Shown in pieces: positions 56,367-64,000 of a stretch of DNA of 64,000 nt. How positions within the stretch are numbered: position 1 is the stretch's first letter; every line of letters starts with the position of its first letter. Origin of the DNA: Klebsormidium nitens (taxonomy: Eukaryota > Plantae > Klebsormidiophyceae); NCBI GenBank assembly GCA_000708835.1, contig DF237409.1:11286-75285 (forward strand), given 5' to 3'. The notes under the pieces were generated by a model, which did not search any database, was not told where the DNA came from, and saw only the letters and a list, made by a program, of their open reading frames with translations. Both the position numbers and the translations under genes were made by a program.

Positions 56367-58135
56367 GGGTTTAGCCGCTGGTTAACTTTTGACCGCATCA
56401 TGGAAAGATGGACAAGAGAGAGACAATGCAGATAGAGAAGTTGAGAGCTATAGGGTAACATCAAACCCATCCTAGAAATGGGTGAGAGCCTACGGACTAG
56501 GGAGACAGAGCGATCTCCCAGGTAAACTGTTACTGGATTGATTACAGCACGGTCTGGTGATAGGCAGCATACAGGAAACACCGTTGCATAGGACACGTAT
56601 TTATCTTAGGAGCATAAGGCTCAAAGTGCGGAGGCGTCAGTGAACAGATCGGTCACAGGGGCGGCAGCGTTTGCAACTAGCAAGCAGCTGAGAACTCCGC
56701 AGGCTTAGTAGAATTTTTAACACTACTGCCCACGTAGGAGCTAACCAGCAGACAGACAACCCGACATTCGCTTTTCATAACACAATATGAACACTTGGAA
56801 CTTCTGGCTTCAGAAGCATCTAAAAGTTTGTGAACCACACGAGCAGTTGAACATTTGAACGAGGGAATCAACGCTCAATTCAGAGTTTTATCTGTGAACA
56901 AGCCCCTATGCAACCTTCATTGTCTCTGCAAATGACGAATCGGTCATAGATGGAAGTTCCTTAGCCACATTGTGGCATTCGCTAGCACATGCATTGCTTA
57001 CCTTGATGATAGAATGAGTACTTGGTTCACTGGTCTCCAGAAAGCTGTTTCTGCTGTGAAGCAAGCGGCTGATCGATCACGTGTCGAGCCCACTGAATGG
57101 TGCCTCCCCATGTTACGATTCCTTGAGGCTGCACATGCAAGACTCCAGATGGTGCCACTGCCGTTCGTGCATAGCCATCTGAGCCACACGGTTGCAGATG
57201 AAAATTTGCAGCTTGATAGCGGTAACTTCGAGTAGAACAAGGTGTCTGACCAGCCCAGAGAGCAGGAGCAGCTTGTAGCATTCCCCGTGGATGCATTGCA
57301 GCTGGAAGAGGGTTGCTGCAAGCTTGCACGTTCTGCTGATCAGCGAAGTTTTGAGCACTTGCATAAAAGCTAGGGTAGCAGACGCTAGAGCCTATGCATG
57401 GCTTCTCGGATTGGTCTGCAATGTACCTGAGAGTTGCAATACCGATTTTCCTTGCAGTTGGCTTCGTACGTATTGTTTTAACGGCAAAACGGTTATTGAC
57501 AAATGGCAAAGTCGGTGAAACTGGACCTTTAAATTTTCGATCGTACGGGTTCGAGTCCTCGAGACAAGGAACCGGCAGTCAACCGTCACCCTGGACTTTG
57601 AAGCCAATTTGCAGTATTCAGCTGGCAGTGGCCTGAGTGGGAGGGCAGCAGGGCAGCAGCTCAGAGTGAGAGCTCCATGGTGGAACTTTCATCAAAGCGC
57701 GGAAACACGAGACAAAAGAGCGCTCAACCTCTCGCACACAGATCCACCAACTCTTACTTGTAGAGGATGTCTTGAATTATGCCTGTTCATCAAGCTTGCC
57801 AGTTTGATATCTATTGGTAGCCAGACAAGGGCCATGAGCTAGCTTGCGCGCCCATCCTCACCCGACACCAAATAGACCCGTGACGCTTCTCATGCTTGAA
57901 CTGGCCCTCTCTTGAAGTGACCGTCAGCTTGTTGTGTACCGTGCTCAATCTCCATCCCGGGAGCTATTCTGGAGACTGCATTTGATGCCCTAGCCCGCCC
58001 TTCGTCACCAGCCGCAAAGTCCTGGTCCCAGTTTCTTTGGGGGCAGCTGGGAGGGCAGTTTGCAACAGTATCCTCCTTAAGCTAGCTGTAAAGCCGCTTT
58101 CTTGATCTGTCGTGCTGTTGTCAAGTGATTGTACG

Positions 58136-60872
58136 ATGGCTGCCCCCTGCCGCAGCAGCAGCACAGCTGCGGACGCCGCCCGAGCTGACCCAGGAAGAAA
58201 GGTGACTTGCGCAGAAGAAATACTTTGTTTTGGGGAAGTTTATTGCTGTCTATTGCTGCCCGCTCAGACGACACTATGGAATCAGGCTGCAAATTGAGTG
58301 CAGGGTGATATTTTACCTGTGATCTCATCGGGGGCTTTATTTGAGCTGACTGACCTAAATATCACCTGCACGATGAATCCTGACGCTCCGAAACAATTAG
58401 CATGAAGCAGAACAAGAAAGTATCCCCCTCTGCAATTGGAGCCCTTCTCAGTCTTTTTTGCGACTTTTTATGGTCCCGTTTATGCAGGCTTACCCCGATT
58501 GCCAGCCACTGGCAGTGCTGACGGACAGAATAAACAGTAAGAAACAAGATTCCATTCTGGAACACAGTCTTTGAGACCAGCTAACAGGATTGCCATCCAC
58601 ATTCCTTCCGCATCTCTGCAGTTCCTCTACGCCCCCCCCCCAGCCGACCCCGCCTCGCGCCCCCCCCGCTCCACCTCCCTCACTGATTTCAAAGACGAGC
58701 GACCCGAGAAGAGGACCTTGCGAGGGGCTTCTAGCGCAACTGCGAGCTTAGTCGGCAGCACTCTGGATGAGCGGGCGGGGCCTTCCGGGTCGGGGGATCA
58801 GAGATGGGCGGCGTCGCTGCAGAACCTAGAGGATATGGGGACGACGCTTGAGAGTTTCCAGAAGGCGCTGCTGAGCAATGCGGTGTACTTAGATGAGGAG
58901 GCGTATGGGAAGGCGGTCAAAGTGGCGGGGCATGGGCGGGCGGTCAAGGTGAGGGGCTGAGAATCAATCAGTCCGACTTCTTCTTTCGCTTTTGCTTCAA
59001 GCCCCAACTAACTTATTGTTTGGTGATGGATTTTTGTCGGATTCCTGGTCCGAGGTTTTGCTTCTTTTGTTTGTTTTCTTATTCTATATCTGCTCTCCTG
59101 CTTTCCTCTTTCAGAAGGTTCCCCTGCTCTTCTCGAGTTCCTGTTCTCCTTCGATGAGGCCTCGTTCCAACCACCTTTGACACGAGGGAAAGGGATTCTT
59201 GTCTACTGTAGACTGCTTTGTGACTGAGAAGAAGGGATACTGCAAGGACCTTGAAAACCACTTGACAAAGTCCACTCACTGAATGGATCCCAACCCTTGT
59301 CCCCAACTGTCCAGCCCAACCTCGTGTCTGTCCTAACCTAAACTCAGACTTCTCTTTCTTAGAGCGTTTCAGGTAACCGACTTCCGTACAGAGAGCGGGT
59401 TCTCTTCTTTGATGTGCTCTATAGCAACCCGATGCTTCTTAATAACATCCTGGCTGTCGTCGATAATACTTACTACTAAAACACGTCAATTCAGAGCTGC
59501 GGTTCCAAAGCCCCACTCATCTCCACTCTCTAACGAATGGAAGCTCGTTTGCAGTAACACTCTCAACTCCCTCGACCAGAGATTCTCTTGGTTTTCCAGC
59601 GTCTGTTCTGATAGGCTTGAAGAGTCGCTTCCGAGCTTTGTGTCTTCTGTTCAAAGATGTTTTTTGTGAAGAAACGTACCTTTTGCTCCGCCTGCCCCTG
59701 TTAAGACATGCGTTGGTTCGCCCTTCTGCCACACAACGTTCCGACTCCGCCACACCGAACATTGAACGGAAAGCTAGTCATCCTCGCTTCTCCTCCAGAC
59801 GCCCTCACTATCTTTTCACCGCCTAGCCATTGATCCGAGATTACAAAAGGGTCACTTTTCGGATGCATCCGTCTGAGATCGTTCACATCGAACATTTTCG
59901 TGCAGGCCCAGGAACGGCGGATCCGAGGCCTCGAACGAGAACTAGACGCGTCCATTTTAGCGGCCGCGCGCTCGCGCGAGGAAAAACGCGCCGCGGAGGT
60001 GGCGCAGCGGGTTGCGGAGGCGCGGGTGAAGGAGGTCCTAGAAGAGCTGGAAAATACGACGAGTGAGTCGGAGGCCGGTGTTGATCGAATTAGGGGTTGT
60101 TGAGCTTACTCTGTCACCTAATCTGGAAGCTGCGGTGTTCGGCTGCCACGTTCGTACAGTGGTGCCCATTCTTTGAAAGCAGGCTCGACGAGTATTTGGC
60201 ACACAATCTGTTGCAACTAACACAGAAGCGGGCGGCAATCGTCAGTAGAAGGGTTCTGGAAGCTGGGTTCGGATTGGCAGGGGGATTTTCTGCGCTTCTT
60301 AGTTGTGGGCTTCTTAGTTTCAAGACAGGTTCTGGGTCTAACTGACAAGACCAGATCTGATGTACTCGACCGGCTTCACAAGACTTGCGGAAAAGCACAG
60401 TTTGGCGTTTCTTCCGTTGATGCTCTTTCCTTGTTGTTCTGACATGCTTTTTGGCCTAATAACGGTTGATGCAGCTTTACGTACCCAATCGATTTCAGAG
60501 CGGAAGTCAGCCACTCAGGGCGAGACAGCGCATACAGGGCATTCTGCATCGTGAAATTTCTCTGGGCCCTGATCAAATTGGGCTTACGAAGACGGACTCC
60601 TAATGTTGTAGTCTTTTAAAGTGGCCCATGCCACTTGATTGGACGTATTGCGGCCGCCCTGATGGCGGACTACTGTGTTCTCGACTGGATATACAAGCTT
60701 CAGGAATCAAGACGCCGTTGTTATCGCTTTGCTTGCAGGAGTGTTCAAGCTCCACGCGGAAGAACTGCAGCTGAAGGAGGCGCAGCTGAAGAAGAAGGAC
60801 GAGGAAATTCAGGTGTTGCAGGCGATCATAAGCACCATGAGCAATCCTCCGAAACGGAAACAATCAAGTTGA
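58136..60872 (+). CDS. Uncharacterised coiled-coil protein, about 228 aa, intact copy B; further 5' exons are possible
   Basis: Phase-consistent exons 58136-58201, 58622-58948, 59906-60062 and 60739-60872 give MAAPCRSS...K-FLYAPPP...GRAVK-AQERRIRGLERELDASILAAARSREEKRAAEVAQR...ELENTT-RVFKLHAEELQLKEAQLKKKDEEIQVLQAII...SS*. The C-terminal half has heptad character. Confidence 0.7.
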
Positions 60873-61234
60873 CGTGCATGCGAATCCTTAATTGAAAAGC
60901 AGCGATGCCTTAGCGAAAGATTGGTCGTCTGCGCGTTATGTCGATGTGGCCCGTCAAAACGGATTGCAGGAAGCTCCCTTGTTTCATTGTATTGAATATA
61001 GGAATAATTGTCCTCATGCACGTATATCCGACGGTCGGACATATAGAATGGATTGGAAGTATGGCTGTCACGGTACATACGATTATAATCCAGTACACAA
61101 TGTACTCGCTTTGGAACTGCATCGAAGCTCTAGCTATTGTCGCTAGACACGTTAAGTCAAAAGTGTCGGGCCCGGCCCCGTTAATGATGTTGTTGACTCG
61201 ACTGGCCAAAGTCGCTTGGAATATCAGCAATCTG

Positions 61235-64000
61235 CTATATGCAATTGACACCGAACAGTAGGATCACAACCAGGCCCAAAGGAAGCAGCATCATTGCACC
61301 TGCATGCAAAATCCAGGCCGGAATCAGCAGGTTTTCGAGCATCAAGTCCTGCCGGTAGTTCGTTCAACCTGTATAGACTGCATTGACAGATCAGCCTGAC
61401 CAGCACCAACGACATTCCTCAATGCTTCAATGTTCCTACTGGTAATTCAGAGATACCTACACAAAGATATGATTGCCGGACCATGGCCTAGCCCGGGCCA
61501 CCAAATGAGAAATAGTCCCCCAGTCGAACAATTGATAGAAAGGAGTGGACCTCAAACATCGTGGCCAGTCCGCTTAATTCCTCCCTTGATGAACTAAGCA
61601 TACAATGTGTAGATAATCACTGCCGACCGGCCTATAGGCGACAAGAATCCAAGGCATCAACCGACCGTCTCACACGGACTCCAGAAAACTGTTTTCCATG
61701 GTCTGAAACAAATGATCACCTGAGGTCCCGGGGCTTGCACTGGACGTTGGCGGTACGTTGAATGCTGGATTGCCCGCAGCAACATTTGCGCCTGCAGGAT
61801 CATAAGAGGAAAGCACTATGCATGGAGTGATGCACATTTCGCACAACTATCAGCCTGGACAGCTATCTCAATCTGCATCGGCAATCTCCTACGCAATAAT
61901 ACCAAATTTTGCAATTCACAACGCAGAGTTCACAACGGAAATGGCATCATCAAACATTTCTGTGCAAATCTTGCCGGGAGGTCGTTTGACTGTATAGGTC
62001 ATCAAGAATTCAGCCTGACGAGGACTAATGAGATTCTCCGATGCCTGTCACATGAGTAGATTAGAAAATCTACTACTTCTCGTTAGACCAGTAGCCCCAC
62101 TAGGCCACTAATAACAAGAATCAACACCTCATAGACTCGATCACACTAACGAACGATGGAAGACTCGACCTCAATAATGGCTAGTCCACTTCTCTGCCTT
62201 TCTTAGCACATGTGTAAACATTGCAGTGCCCACCGGCCCATAGGCAACAATATTCTCATATTAACCTGGCCGGCATCAAGCGAATTACTCGGAGTCCAAG
62301 AAACTATCTTTTCTGGGAGTCAAAGGAACTTTAATCACCTGAATTCACGGGGCTAGCGCTGGCTGCAGTTGAGGTTGGCTGTGCAAACGGTGGACTGGTT
62401 GCTGGAACATTTGCGCCTGCAGGATCATGAGACGATAAATACTACGCATGCCAGAGCGTGCAGAGTTCCCCAAACTAGAAACCGGGCACTTTGATTCTTC
62501 TTGACTGAGCGGTATGCGGCGCTCCGCAAGCCCCCTCTTTCAGCCACATATTCGAAGACAGATTGTTGGGGCTACAACCGGCTCACTCGGACTCCAAGAA
62601 GGCTGTATTTTCTACGGTGAAAGGACCTTAATTCACCTGGAAGCCCGGGGCTTGCGATGGAAGTGATCGGCGGTACTGCAAATGCTGGACTGGGTGGTGG
62701 TACAGTTGCACCTGCAAGTACAAATAATGTAAAAGACGATAAGCACTATGCATAGAGTGTGCACAGTTCCCCGAACTGTCAATCAGGCACTTGATTCTTG
62801 TTGTCTTAGCTGCATTGGGAGCTCAGTAAAGCCCCCTCCTATCAACCATACATTAATCTGACAATAAAATGTTGCGATTACGACAGCCATTGCCTTTAGA
62901 TAGCTGTGACATTGTTTTCTTTAACGTCTTCGTCGGCTTTTTGCAAGTTGCTGCCATCCTTGAGTAAAGGACGCTTGGTCATTGTACACGCTTCGGAAGG
63001 GGTTCCACAAAAGGAAGTCTGCCCCAAGAGAGGCAGCATACCAGATGTTGTGGGAGGCGTGCTCGTGCCAAAAACTCTAGACGGGGCCGGTGACGGTGCC
63101 ACTGGGCCTGGTCGTGGGGCCGTGAAAGTGAAGCCGGTCGGGGTGTTCGAAGCTGAAGGTCCAGCGGCTCTTGGAACTGAAGGCGGTACTGCTGTCGAAG
63201 GTGGGGAAGCTCTGAAAGGGGACGAAGGTGGGCTGGAAGGACGATTCGACGTTGTCGAAGTTGGGGGAGATCTGGGAGGGGAAGAAAACTCGCTGGAAGT
63301 AGGAGGGCCGAAACCTGCAGAGACAGAACATGACAGACCTATGTCCGGAGGCTTCTTACACCTGTCCACACGGATGGGTTTTCTTCCCAGCGAGACAATC
63401 AACTAGGACTGAGTACCAAGTATCAAGCATCATGAGAACCAGGTAAGGCTTTTTCTGGGGTATCAACAAAGCTCAAGCAGATAAAGGATTCGGATGACTA
63501 GATGTACCCATCCCGGCCATTGTAACTCATCACAAACTGCATGTTCTGCATCAAGCCTTGGGGGAACTTCTACCCTCTTCATTCTCAAGACGTTGTTCAT
63601 CCTGGACAGGCGATGAAATCCACCACTCCAATATGCCAATGTTACATCAACAATGTTCTGAGACACCAAGACATTCTGGATAAAAAGATATTCTGGATTA
63701 ATATTTAGCACCAATCAGTCAAAGGGCAAGTAGTTGATTCAATCAAAAGAAGTGACAGCAACCAACACAAACTGTGGTTGAAGTCTGCGCCTCCACGACA
63801 ATCAGACAATCAGACAATCAGGTACAATGTGTGTAAGAGGGGACAATAAATTGCTTACGGCCGCAAGCTCTGGCGTCTGCTCTGCATATAGGATCAGAGC
63901 ACACAATCAGTTCTTGCTCCAATGCCCTGTCTCCGCAAGACGAGGAGCAAAAGAAGCTTGTGCCGCTGCCGCAACTAGACAGACACCTCGAGAAAGCGTC
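61235..64000 (-). CDS. Putative GPI-anchored Cys-rich glycoprotein, copy B; 5' end lies beyond the window
   Basis: Exons >64000-63859, 63314-63042, 62711-62637, 62416-62339, 61791-61720 and 61299-61235 all join in phase 1. The protein ends ...SSASPGTS-GAMMLLPLGLVVILLFGVNCI*. Confidence 0.78.

Larger units (their letters stand above)
53591..64000. repeat. Tandem segmental duplication, unit B (runs off the window end)
   Basis: Starts abruptly inside degenerate TPSGT repeats and is colinear with 40740-51100. Confidence 0.92.

Overview
Eukaryotic nuclear DNA with GT-AG introns, manually spliced here. The plant-type gene set (SCD2, stromal Hsp70, NIPA9-like, root-cap domain) suggests a streptophyte alga such as Klebsormidium; this is inference. 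The left half (1-34 kb) holds seven mostly housekeeping genes: the SCD2 3' end, chloroplast Hsp70 with an upstream heat-shock element, an alpha/beta-hydrolase, an RNI/LRR protein, a small protein resembling the FLASH/CASP8AP2 N-terminal domain, RRN3 and a NIPA-type transporter. The right half (35-64 kb) is a cell-surface glycoprotein locus inside a ~12.9 kb tandem duplication. It contains a mucin-like secreted protein (signal peptide, Kazal domain, Ser-Pro and TPSGT[N/D/S] repeats, GDPH motif, root-cap domain), a coiled-coil gene, and a putative GPI-anchored 8-Cys protein whose stalk is built from repeated mini-exons. A GTAC-rich palindromic spacer separates the two units. No rRNA, tRNA or CRISPR array could be supported. 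Family names come from recalled sequence motifs, not from database searches.
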